Part shown: positions 43,381 to 53,800 of the stretch, in pieces
Numbering within the stretch: the stretch's first letter is position 1
Layout of the letters: each line of letters begins with the position of its first letter
Source of the DNA: Armatimonadota bacterium
Lineage (GTDB): Bacteria > Armatimonadota > UBA5829 > DTLH01
Assembly: GCA_029551395.1 (NCBI GenBank)
Contig: JAKPFN010000083.1
Span: 1,779-65,778 of the forward strand
Direction of reading: 5' to 3'
Length of the DNA stretch: 64,000 nucleotides
Position numbers and translations under genes: made by a program
Notes under the pieces: model-generated
The model's input: only the letters and a program-made list of their open reading frames with translations
The model's database searches: none
What the model was told of the DNA's origin: nothing

Positions 43381-43868
43381 AATCCGGCTCCGTGTTGTAG
43401 AAGCTCTCGCTTTTTCTGGTTTCGCCTATTGTGCCATCTTGACTTCGTCATTCTGATGCGGGTTCCGAGGTTAGGTTGAGACCAGTAATCCACTGAATCC
43501 ATAAGGTTGCGGATCAAGATTATTCCCAACCCACCTTCTTTTTCTCTCGACACATCCGGCGGCGGCGCTTCGCTTGCCGCCGGAACACAGAATCCTATGC
43601 CGCGGTCGATGATTTCGACAACCAGCATACCATTTGATCTACAACAACGAACAATGACGGGTGCAGAGTCTGCAGAGTTACCATAAGCATGCCTTACTAT
43701 GTTTGCCACTGCCTCGGACGCTGCCACCTTCACTTCTTCTATATCCTGAGGTGAAAGCGGAACTGAATCCGCTATTTCCGCTATCAGAGTCCTTACCGTT
43801 CTAACATATTCCGGTTTACATGGCACCCTTAGCTCGACGCTGTCCCCGTTGCAGGTCTGGATAGCCAT
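43377..43868 (-). CDS. Anti-sigma factor / ATP-binding protein (RsbW-like)
   Basis: VAASEAVANIVRHAY, IIDRGIGF, GGLGIILI, GTRIRM. Confidence 0.9.
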   Translation of the reverse strand: MAIQTCNGDSVELRVPCKPEYVRTVRTLIAEIADSVPLSPQDIEEVKVAASEAVANIVRHAYGNSADSAPVIVRCCRSNGMLVVEIIDRGIGFCVPAASEAPPPDVSREKEGGLGIILIRNLMDSVDYWSQPNLGTRIRMTKSRWHNRRNQKKRELLQHGAGF

Positions 43869-44162
43869 TTTCTTGCAAACCTTCCAATTTCATAGTTGAG
43901 TCTGAGCAAATCCTTTGCCCAGCTATTACTCCCTTGTCGATATAGTTATTTACTTGTACCCTGTCATTTGACAGGCAAAACTATGGCACATGACAGCTAA
44001 ACAGCTCATAAAAATTATCCACAACCTGCAACGTGAATAATTGCCTGGGCTTGTTGGCTGATTGTAAGCTGATAATAAGCTCATTGTAACCTCTGTTACT
44101 CGCCGTAAAGAGCAAGACATGATATAATAAATTGAGTTAGCCTTGCGATAACTATCGGGGGA

Positions 44163-44846
44163 ATGATGTCGAAAATATTAATAGTTGAAGATGAACTGCC
44201 TCTCTTGCAGACAATCAGCTATAATCTGGAGCAAGAGGGTTATCAGGTAATACAGGCTCAGGATGGCCTGTCAGGGCTTGATGCTGCCCGCACATCCAAG
44301 CCTGATCTCATCCTGCTCGACATCATGTTGCCCGGCATAGACGGCCTGGAGGTCTGCAGGCTGCTCCGTAAGGATATGGACATCCCCATTATCATCCTTA
44401 CAGCCAAGTCCCGAGAGATAGATAAAGTCGTAGGTCTTGAAGTCGGAGCCGATGACTACGTCACAAAACCGTTCGGAATGCTGGAACTGCTTGCTCGTGT
44501 CCGTGCTGCGCTGCGCAGGGCAAGGACAGAAGTGCAAAAGCAGGAAGTGCTTCGTGCAGGCAATATCGAACTGGACGTAGCGTGCCACACAGTCAAAGTT
44601 AATGGTCAGGAAGTAGACCTTCGTCCCAAAGAGTTCGACCTTTTACACACACTGCTTGCAAACCGTGGAAAGGTCATAGAGCGCAATGACTTGCTTGAAC
44701 GTGTCTGGGGTGAAGATGAATTTATCGATGCCGGCACACTCGATGTCCACATCAGACGACTTCGTGAAAAAATAGAAGCCGACCCCAGCAATCCGGTACA
44801 TATACTGACCGTTCGCGGAGTAGGTTACAAACTGGCAGGGAAATAA
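44163..44846 (+). CDS. OmpR/PhoB-family response regulator
   Basis: IVEDE, LDIMLP, LTAK, GADDYVTKPF, DVHIRRLREKIE, TVRGVGY. Confidence 0.96.
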   Translation: MMSKILIVEDELPLLQTISYNLEQEGYQVIQAQDGLSGLDAARTSKPDLILLDIMLPGIDGLEVCRLLRKDMDIPIIILTAKSREIDKVVGLEVGADDYVTKPFGMLELLARVRAALRRARTEVQKQEVLRAGNIELDVACHTVKVNGQEVDLRPKEFDLLHTLLANRGKVIERNDLLERVWGEDEFIDAGTLDVHIRRLREKIEADPSNPVHILTVRGVGYKLAGK

Positions 44847-44851
44847 TTCAG

Positions 44852-46609
44852 TTGATGCGGCCATTCCTCAGCATAAAATGGAGACTTACTGCCGGTTACC
44901 TGCTTGTCGTCCTGACTATCATCGCGCTTCTGGGCTTCTATCTGGAAAACCACACTGAAAAGCAGTATATAAAAAGGCTTCAAAGGAATCTCACCACAGA
45001 AGCCTATGCCGTAGGAACTGCTATTACCCTTTCTGACGGCTCCATAGACAACCTGGTGAAACAGTTAAGTAAGGATTTGGGCTGCCGCATTACTGTTATT
45101 GAACCTTCTGGCCTGGTTGCAGCAGATTCAAGCGAAAATCCCAAGGAAATGGAGTCTCATTCCAAACGGCCTGAGATTATTGGGGCACTCGATACGGGAC
45201 AGGGTTTTACCATCAGGCACAGTGACACACTCGATATGGATATGATGTATGTTTCTGTGCTTATTAAAGATAATGACCGCAGTCTGGTGGTAAGGATTGC
45301 TGAACCGCTTTCCGAAGTTGATGCCGCAAAGTCAGCAATAAGGACTACGTTTGGTATTGCAGCTCTGGCAGCCTTGTTGCTTGCTGCTGCAGTAGGGCTA
45401 AAACTTGCCAGTGGAGTGGTGTCGCCTGTGGTAAGTCTGACCACCACGGCCCGGCGGATTGCGCGTGGAGATTTTGGATTGAACGTCGGCGTTCCCTCCG
45501 GCGCGAAAGATGAAGTCACTGAGCTTGGACTGACGCTTAACTCTCTTGGAGCAGAGCTTCGCAGGGCTGTGCGGCAGCTGCGCGAAGACAAGCGGAAAAT
45601 GGAAACTGTCTTCGAGAAGACGGACGATGGGCTTATCATACTCGACAACGAAGGGCGCATTGAGACTATCAATCCTGCTGCTGCCAAGATGCTGGCAGTC
45701 GATGCTGCCTCTGCTGTAGGCAGAACCATTATCGAAGCGACTCTAAACCATGAATTTGCAGAATTGATTGGGCGCGTTCTCAGAACTCAGAGTCCCGCTA
45801 CTCTGGAGATTGCCTTCCCCAGCCCTTCTGAAAAGACCATTCACGTTTATGTGACGTCACTGGGCCAGCCTGAAGAACTGGATGGCGCCGTTGTGGTCAT
45901 GCATGATGTGACTGCTGCCCGGCGAGTGGATGACATGCGCCGGGACTTCGTTGCCAACGTCAGCCATGAGCTTCGCACCCCGCTTGCATCTATCAGAGCA
46001 ATGGCTGAGACTATTATGCTCCGCGGCAAGTCCAACCCAGAAGCGGCCGAGCAGTTTGCCCAGAGTATAGTAAGTGAAATAGACCGCCTGGTCCGACTTT
46101 CAGACGACCTTCTTGAAATCGCCAAGACCGAAGTTCAGCAGCGGCCTATCCACAAAGAGGAAGTCAGGATTGCCGAAGTCGCAGCAGATGCAACTGCCAA
46201 AATCCAGCCTGTTGCCGACCAAAAATCTGTCTCGCTTGTCCTCGATATCGACCCTGAACTTGTCATCCAGGCAGATAAGGACGCAATCTGGCAGATTCTG
46301 GTCAACCTGGTTGATAATGCAGTGAATTATACGTCTGGCGGCGGCGAAGTAAAAGTTTCTACCGTGGTGCAGGACGGTTTTATCTCGGTAAGTGTTGCAG
46401 ATACGGGAATCGGTATTCCTGCTGCTGACATTCCGCGTATTTTCGAGCGGTTTTACAGAGTCGATAAGGCCAGATCACGAGCCTCTGGAGGCACGGGCCT
46501 CGGTTTGTCTATCGTGAAGCATCTTGTTGAAGCGCACGGCGGAAAAATCTCCGTAGTGAGCGAAGTCAACAATGGCAGTACCTTCACATTCACCATCCCA
46601 CGGAGTTGA
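44852..46609 (+). CDS. PhoR-like sensor histidine kinase (Cache-like, HAMP, PAS)
   Basis: FVANVSHELRTPL, NLVDNA, DTGIGI, ERFYRVDKARSR, GGTGLGL. Confidence 0.95.
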   Translation: MMRPFLSIKWRLTAGYLLVVLTIIALLGFYLENHTEKQYIKRLQRNLTTEAYAVGTAITLSDGSIDNLVKQLSKDLGCRITVIEPSGLVAADSSENPKEMESHSKRPEIIGALDTGQGFTIRHSDTLDMDMMYVSVLIKDNDRSLVVRIAEPLSEVDAAKSAIRTTFGIAALAALLLAAAVGLKLASGVVSPVVSLTTTARRIARGDFGLNVGVPSGAKDEVTELGLTLNSLGAELRRAVRQLREDKRKMETVFEKTDDGLIILDNEGRIETINPAAAKMLAVDAASAVGRTIIEATLNHEFAELIGRVLRTQSPATLEIAFPSPSEKTIHVYVTSLGQPEELDGAVVVMHDVTAARRVDDMRRDFVANVSHELRTPLASIRAMAETIMLRGKSNPEAAEQFAQSIVSEIDRLVRLSDDLLEIAKTEVQQRPIHKEEVRIAEVAADATAKIQPVADQKSVSLVLDIDPELVIQADKDAIWQILVNLVDNAVNYTSGGGEVKVSTVVQDGFISVSVADTGIGIPAADIPRIFERFYRVDKARSRASGGTGLGLSIVKHLVEAHGGKISVVSEVNNGSTFTFTIPRS

Positions 46610-46614
46610 ACCTG

Positions 46615-47247
46615 CTATTTGCGCTTCTTAAAGCTGTGCTGCTCCAGTAGTTCGGCGATAGCGGCCATAACTCGCTCTCCTACCTGCTCTATTGCTTCTC
46701 TGGACATCCCTTTCTCATACAAATCATCAAAGGTCATCGGCTTCCCATACACAACCTTGATCCGGCTGAAGTGTAAATACCAGGAATGAGGTGGAAGCAT
46801 TTTGTTGGTGCCAATGAGCGCTGCCGGCACTACAGGAGCCTTGGTCTTGAGCGCTATCATCCCCAGCCCAGGCTGTGCTTCCATCAACTCTCCTATCAGG
46901 CTTCGTGTGCCTTCAGGGAATAAGCAGACGATGTTCCCTGAGTTGATCAGGTCCATTGCTTTCTTCAAAGCTGCACGGTCTGCCGTATTTTGCTTTACTG
47001 GAAACGCTCCAACCCGGTCTATCAGATAACCCAGCACAGGAATCTTGAACAGCTCCGACTTTGCCATAAACCGGACTTGTCTCTTGCGTATTCCGCATCC
47101 TGCTGCTGGCGGATCAATGTAGCTGACGTGGTTTGGTGCAAGGATTACCCCGCCTTCCGATGGCACATTACCTGCACCTACAGCCTTGTAGCGTCCGAAT
47201 ATGGTCAAAGCCAACCGGCAAAGAATCCAGCCTATCCAGTACAGCAT
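46615..47247 (-). CDS. plsC: 1-acyl-sn-glycerol-3-phosphate acyltransferase
   Basis: NHVSYID, FMAKSELF, FPEGTRS. Confidence 0.9.
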   Translation of the reverse strand: MLYWIGWILCRLALTIFGRYKAVGAGNVPSEGGVILAPNHVSYIDPPAAGCGIRKRQVRFMAKSELFKIPVLGYLIDRVGAFPVKQNTADRAALKKAMDLINSGNIVCLFPEGTRSLIGELMEAQPGLGMIALKTKAPVVPAALIGTNKMLPPHSWYLHFSRIKVVYGKPMTFDDLYEKGMSREAIEQVGERVMAAIAELLEQHSFKKRK

Positions 47248-47918
47248 TGGTTCACCTTCCGGTTATGGATTCCGATAATCTCCTCGACCACTTCCTCTAT
47301 GCTCATTCCGTCCGTATTAATCAACACAGCATCTTCAGCCTGCTTGAGCGGGGCCATTGCGCGGGTGCTGTCTCTTTCATCCCGTTCTTTTATCTCTTTT
47401 GCCACCTGCTCCTGGTCGCATTTCACTCCGGCTCGTTCCAGGTCTTTACACCGTCTTCTGGCACGTTCTTCAGCTGATGCAGTCAGGAATATTTTTACCT
47501 GGGCATTGGGAAATACATAAGTGCCAATGTCCCGGCCTTCCATTACAATTCCGCCGGCCTTTCCCATATCTCTTTGAATCTGAACCAGCCTGTGCCTGAC
47601 ACCTGGAATGGCCGAAACAGGGCTGGAGAGCCGTGTGGCATCCGGCGTGCGGATTGCTTCGGTAACATCCTGACCATCAGCGAATATCCTGCGCGTGTCA
47701 TCGACCTGTCTGAATTGGATGTCCATCCTGTTGGCAAGTTCTACAATTTTATCCGGTTCATCAAGCGGAATCCCGGCCTCTATCGATTTCAAAGCCACAG
47801 CGCGGTACATCGCCCCGGTGTCTATGTAAGTGTATCCGAGCTTATCTGCAATAATTTTCGCAACAGTGCTCTTCCCGGAACCCGCAGGCCCGTCGATTGC
47901 TATGATTGGTCTATGCAT
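47232..47918 (-). CDS. cmk: Cytidylate kinase
   Basis: IAIDGPAGSGKST, DTGAMYR, MEGRDIGT, KIFLTAS, RDERDSTR; start set at ATG 47918. Confidence 0.97.
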   Translation of the reverse strand: MHRPIIAIDGPAGSGKSTVAKIIADKLGYTYIDTGAMYRAVALKSIEAGIPLDEPDKIVELANRMDIQFRQVDDTRRIFADGQDVTEAIRTPDATRLSSPVSAIPGVRHRLVQIQRDMGKAGGIVMEGRDIGTYVFPNAQVKIFLTASAEERARRRCKDLERAGVKCDQEQVAKEIKERDERDSTRAMAPLKQAEDAVLINTDGMSIEEVVEEIIGIHNRKVNQCCTG

Positions 47919-48173
47919 GGGCCTATTATACACGATTGAGCATCCGAAGGTCACACTAAACTCCATCAAGAAACAGCCAGCATACTTAATTGGATTTTTA
48001 ACGAGGAAAATCTGAAACCAAAGAAAGCAGGAAAAGTTGTGGATTTATTAAGAAGGCATTCTACCTATACAGCCTTATATTTAGTTTTGAACTCCCTCCT
48101 TTACACTTCCCTTTGCAGTTCCACCGATTGCACAAATATATCTCAGACAGCCAAATTTTTTATAAAATACCTA

Positions 48174-48367
48174 TTGACAACCCGATTAGAACATGTAATA
48201 ATGCGAATGCAAACGGTTGCACGCTGTATCGCGGGACTTCTTTTCTGCGATCCGGGGACTATCTGGTGCGCCGTGCGATTACAGTATTATGCACACCCTT
48301 ACTCCCCCGTCAGGGATGTGCATACACAACGGGCGCGGAGGAGCCGCAGACCTTCCGCGCCCACCCC
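48174..48367 (+). ncRNA. Candidate structured small RNA (promoter plus three hairpins)
   Basis: TTGACA, 17 nt, AATAAT at 48174-48202, then stems at 48228-48251, 48288-48324 and 48331-48362; no plausible CDS. Confidence 0.25.
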
Positions 48368-48391
48368 TATTATTAAGGTAATCAGCAGTTA

Positions 48392-48805
48392 CTACTGTTC
48401 TTCCTCTTTTTCTTCTGGTTGGAACTCCATCGATAACGAGTTTACGCAGTAGCGCAGTCCTGTTGGCTGAGGTCCGTCCTCGAATACATGTCCAAGATGC
48501 CCGCCGCACCTGCTGCACAGGATTTCCTTGCGGATCATCCCATGGCTGGTGTCCAGAGCCTCGTCTATATTCTCATCAACGGCTGGTTCTGTAAAACTGG
48601 GCCACCCGCAGCCTGAATCATATTTTGCCTCCGATGCAAACAGAGGCTGACCACATGCCGCGCATCTGTAGATGCCTGCTCGCTTCTCGTGTAGATACTC
48701 CCCGGTTCCCGGCGCTTCAGTTCCCTTCATCCGAAGAATCCTGTACTGCTCCGGAGTCAGTTCCTTCCTCCACTCTTCTTCGGTTTTCTTGATTTTCTCT
48801 GCCAT
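48392..48805 (-). CDS. msrB: Peptide methionine sulfoxide reductase B
   Basis: [45 protein letters not shown]. Confidence 0.97.
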   Translation of the reverse strand: MAEKIKKTEEEWRKELTPEQYRILRMKGTEAPGTGEYLHEKRAGIYRCAACGQPLFASEAKYDSGCGWPSFTEPAVDENIDEALDTSHGMIRKEILCSRCGGHLGHVFEDGPQPTGLRYCVNSLSMEFQPEEKEEEQ

Positions 48806-49000
48806 TTTGCCCTCTTGTATAGAAATTTGGCTTACTGCCTAGCGGGCAGCACCAAGCATATAAATAGCTATTGTTTGGAATTATTATATACCCCAACTAA
48901 ACGACTTAGAAAGCAAGTCTGCCAGACCTTGTAGTATAAGCTGAGTGCTCTCTGGGTAAGATTTTCGTAAGATCATATCAACCGCACTTGAAGGGGCACT

Positions 49001-49756
49001 ATGAATATTGTAGTTCTTGCTGTTCTGGTAGTTGTATTAAGCATCCTTATTTCATCCGCATTGGTAGGTCTTTTGAGAGGCAGCCGTATCGGCACACTTA
49101 TGCAGGGTACAGGCGATGTAGAAGGAATATACATAACTGTAATTGGCGCGTTGTATGCCATCTTCATCGCATTTATGATTTTTGTTGTCTGGACCAGGTT
49201 CGATGCTGCAGAAAACTCCGTAGATCAGGAAGCCGATACCCTTGTTAACCTCTACCGGCTGGCTGAAGAACTCCCTCAGCCTCTTCAAAGTGAAATGAGG
49301 CAGGCAGTAGTGGATTATGCTCATTCCATGATTCGGGATGAATGGCCTGCAATGGCCGAAGAACGTTCATCCGCCAAGAGCCAGGCTGTTGTAGAACGGA
49401 TGTGGGATGTAGTTCACAGGATGGATGAAGCTGGAACAGACGATGTTATCCGAGACCATGTCCTTACCACCATCTCAGAACTCACAGAGCTTCGCAGATA
49501 CCGGCTGCTGCAGTCTCGAACCAATCTACCGGGCATACTTTATGCCGCTTTGTTCTTTGGAGGTGCGCTGACTATCGCGCTTGCAGCATTGTTTTCGGTC
49601 GAACAGTTCTGGTCACATGTGCTCAAAGCGGCTGTGCTTGCTGCTCTAACTTCATTTATGCTGCTTGTGGTCTGGGTGTTGGATCATCCGTTCCAGGGCG
49701 ATGTCTACGTGCAGCCGACCGCCTTCGAACGCTCACTGGAAATAATGACAGACTAA
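49001..49756 (+). CDS. DUF4239/bestrophin-like membrane protein
   Basis: IGALYAIFIAFMI..VW, Y...I.DEWP, LDHPFQG. Confidence 0.75.
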   Translation: MNIVVLAVLVVVLSILISSALVGLLRGSRIGTLMQGTGDVEGIYITVIGALYAIFIAFMIFVVWTRFDAAENSVDQEADTLVNLYRLAEELPQPLQSEMRQAVVDYAHSMIRDEWPAMAEERSSAKSQAVVERMWDVVHRMDEAGTDDVIRDHVLTTISELTELRRYRLLQSRTNLPGILYAALFFGGALTIALAALFSVEQFWSHVLKAAVLAALTSFMLLVVWVLDHPFQGDVYVQPTAFERSLEIMTD

Positions 49757-49779
49757 TTGCAGACAGGAAATCCCGCAAG

Positions 49780-50553
49780 TTACCGGGCTTTTGCCTTTAA
49801 CGCATCATAGACCGATTGCAGCCTTCCAGCTACAGGATGCTTGCTGTCAGGGTTCAAAGGATTGGCGTCAATATTTGGCCTTTGAGGTCTTTCACCATCC
49901 GTTCTATCCGTCCGTTTTTGTTCAAGCTGCTCTCTCTGTCTGGGCTGATTTCCCTGATTACCTGAAAAATCCCGCCTGATTGAAGCAGGCTGCATAATCG
50001 CTGCCTTTTGCTCATCCGTTAAAATCTCGTTTATCTTCTGAACAGCGCTTTCTGCCTGTTGAGGGTCGAGAGTTTCTTGGTCACGCAACGGTTCCACTAC
50101 GGCAAGGACAGATTTTGCCTGTGCAGGTGTGAGCGGTGTCTTGCCTGCTTCCTCCATAATACCGATACTCAGCATTGTTCTGACCAGCTTAAACGCTGCG
50201 ATGCGCGATCTTCCTCCCGGTCCTTCGCGCGGCCCTTCAGATGGTCTGGGAGCAGGATGCAGTACCTGCGGGCTTATTGGCCCTTTGACTGCTGTTTCAG
50301 ATCTGCGCTCCTTCTCAGACTGAGGATTCCGGTCCCTGGGTGTTGCTTCACCAGATGGTTTCTGCTCTTTTGCAGATGCATCAACTGGGGCCTGTTCCGT
50401 TATCTGCACTGAAGCTGTTTCCTTGGCAGTTTGCGCGGTTGATTCCTTCTCTACAGATTCCGAAGATGTAATTACGCCTGCAATGAGATACGCTGCTGCA
50501 CAAAGCACTCCCAGTCCTATGATAATGATAAACAGCTTTTTTCTACTATTCAC
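49780..50553 (-). CDS. Membrane-anchored hypothetical protein
   Basis: One N-terminal TM helix, low-complexity linker, helical domain (LTPAQAK...LTDEQ). Confidence 0.7.
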   Translation of the reverse strand: MNSRKKLFIIIIGLGVLCAAAYLIAGVITSSESVEKESTAQTAKETASVQITEQAPVDASAKEQKPSGEATPRDRNPQSEKERRSETAVKGPISPQVLHPAPRPSEGPREGPGGRSRIAAFKLVRTMLSIGIMEEAGKTPLTPAQAKSVLAVVEPLRDQETLDPQQAESAVQKINEILTDEQKAAIMQPASIRRDFSGNQGNQPRQREQLEQKRTDRTDGERPQRPNIDANPLNPDSKHPVAGRLQSVYDALKAKAR

Positions 50554-50822
50554 TTTACCTGCCTCCCATTCCTCATCAATCTAATAGACTCGATAATTCC
50601 ATGACCGGTTTCATTATAATTCCCGTAAACTTAAAACGTCTCAATCAATTACTGATGTTCTGCTATGTACATCACACAATATCGCACAAATGTATCACCA
50701 AGATGTCTAAAAAATCCATCAATACCTGGAACACTGAACAGTTTATTGCGGTCAACTAGATAGTTGTACATAATAAGTAGATTGTCGACAATTGGGTGCT
50801 CTGAAAGGGAGGATAAAAGAGT

Positions 50823-53800
50823 ATGAAGTATCTGGTCTTGCTGGTTCTGGCCATGATCCCTCAATTGACTTTGGCACAAGAGGCGACTCTGGCCTGGTTT
50901 ACTGACGCAGATATTCTTTCCAGTAACAGCGTGAGCAAGCCTGCTGATGCCCTGCCAAGTATTTCCGGAACCTATGGGGACGGAGTATCTTTGACTAAAT
51001 CCGTAGGCTTTGATGCCGCTGTGCTCAACCAACAAAATGGAATGATCAGCTTCTGGATCAAACCTGACTGGAACGGCAACGACGGCCTTAACCACAGGAT
51101 ATTGCGGATAGGAGACCCTGCTAAAAACGGTATTCTCATCGAAAAATCGAGCCGGAACATGCTCAGGTTTGTCATGGCAGGTGGAAATCCCGTCAAGGTT
51201 GCTGCCTCCAGAGCCGATGTATCGGACTGGAAACCTGGTAAATGGCATCACGTAGCCTGTTCATGGATAACCTTCAACAATAAGCCCCTGGGGCTTGGCC
51301 TCTGGATAGATAAAGTCTGCGTGGATAGCGTAGTTTTCGGTGGTAATGCTTTCATGGACCCAGGCAGCATGGCTGATAAAAAGGTCTACATAGGGGATAA
51401 ATCCTCAAATGCAGCCATGGACGAACTCATCATCAGAAATGACGTCATCGCTACACTTTGCCCAGACCAGATCAGCACAGTCTACAGAGACTTTTTCCGC
51501 ACGGCTCCTTATGTTGAGATCAAAATCGACCCCGAACCTAACCGTCTTCCTTCCGATCCCAGAGTAGTCCTGGACTGCGAGAAGCAGTTTGGCCTTTGGG
51601 CTAAAAGAAAAGACGGAGACTGGGAAAGGATCACCAACTTCGATGTCCGCTACCACCAGTGGAGCGACTTCGATGCCAAGCCATTCATCAGTTGGACAAC
51701 CTCTGATTCGAGCGTTGCAACTGTTAACAATGATCCGTTAGCCCCTCGCAGGGGTCTTGTAACCGGTAAAGCTCTTGGAGACTGTACTCTTACTGCCGCC
51801 TTCAGAGGCATGACTGCTGTTTATCCGATAAAAGTCATAACCTGGGATCAGCCCGATCTGGACTTGATGTACGTTGAAAGGTTTCCAAAATTCAGCTTCG
51901 ACGGCACCAAAATGTGGCCTCGCGATGGTAGTTTCCTCGACACTCTGCCAGCCAACGGCAAAAGATGGCCTGATGAAGGAGAGACAGTCACCGCCGTTGT
52001 CCATTACGGTAACTTTGGGTTCCAACCTGCTCCGGCAAGCAAGATCAAGTTCGAACTGGTGTCCGACGATAACGAGAATTTCGTCCTGGATGACGCTGAT
52101 ACAGTCAAATTCAGCACAGTAATAGAGACAGAACCTCTTGCTCCAGGTGAGACTGCTGAAAAAGATGTCAACTGGACCTGGCCTAAGAAGAGTCAGGGTG
52201 AACATCAGGTCTTCGTGCGCGTGACAATCGACCCGGATGAAACTCTGGATGAGGTCTGCGAGGCCAATAACCAGAGATGTGAGCTTAATACCGGGCATGC
52301 ATTTATGTGGCGTTACGATGCAGAGTTGTTCGAAGACTACTATAGCAATAAAAGGATAAACCATATCGGCTCTTTCAGTTTGTTCGACTGGTCAAACGCT
52401 CAGGTAGACAGATTATCGAACCTGCTGCATGAAACTGTGCTCCCTACCACCAGTTCCGTAGGCATCAAAGATTCCATCAGAGTGGATAATTATTTCCCCC
52501 AGACTTGCGACAGGTGGGACGATGAACCTGATATTTGGACCAGAGAGCTTTTCTGCGACGACTGGTATGGAGAGTATGAACCGGAGAATCACTCTCCACT
52601 GGATTTTGACCCGGCTGTAGACCATGAACTTACGCATGGTCTTGAGACTCCAGACCTTTATGGCCATCCATACCCTGTATATAACGTGTTCCTCAAAGAT
52701 GAGAACGGAAAGCCTTATTCAGGCACAGTGCTTTATCCGCCCATAGACCGCACCGGTTCCGGTATGCTTCCTGGAATACCTATGTATAACCAGACAGACA
52801 TGCTGGGGCTTGGTTATGACACCATGATGGTCAGTTGTCACTGGTGGTTGGACCCATACATAGCAGGTATGATCCATAAGACAGCAGGAGAACGCGACAA
52901 GAGACATCGCGGATGTGATGCTGTAACCGGCTGCCCCGCTACAAACAGGCTTCTGGTGCTTGATGTCAATGATCAGCCGCTGAAGAACGCTGCTGTCTAC
53001 GCTTACCAGTTGACTGAACCAATTTTCAGGCAAGATGACCTCGCTGGTTCCAAGTATGTGCCTGACAGGCCGAAGTTCATGGGCAATGTCGATGAAAACG
53101 GATACTGGGTATTCCCCAAATTCACCGACCCAACCTGGGATGACCTCGAAACTGACCAGGTAGAAGGTTCCATATCCATCAGTAATCCATTCCAGGTTAT
53201 CTACAGGGAGTTTGAACCTCCGTGGTATTGCTTTGGCGGATACTTCATCCTGAAGATTGTAGGAGCTGATGGTCAGGTTGAGTTCAGGACCATTTCTCAG
53301 ATAGAGTTGTGGAATGCTTACATGAGCGGCTTCACTGGCACTGCTACATACACCATTAAGACTAATCTGAATGCCAGCGAAACACCGGTTGAGGTAGTTC
53401 CACCCGATATCCCTGATTCCATCAAGCTGATCAACTTGAGACCTGCGGCAGTGCTTACATCTGACCGCCTGACAGTCGATGAAGTTGACGACGATGGAGC
53501 CTCCTGTAAAGCAATATATGTCAAGCCGGGACAGACTATCAAATTTGATGGTTCGGGAAGTTTTGACCCTGAAGGCCAACCTTTAATCTACCGCTGGGTA
53601 GGTTTTGGAGAGAATTACGGCAGCTATCCACCGTTCTCAACGCCTGCGACAAAGCAATATACTGCCCCGTGGGAATTGGGAGACTATAGATACCAGTTCT
53701 ATGTGCTGGATGGTCTGAGAACAAGCGAGATTTGCCGTATAAAAGTCCGTGTTGTAGACACAATTCCGGCTATATTCGGTAAGGTGACCGATACCAGCGG

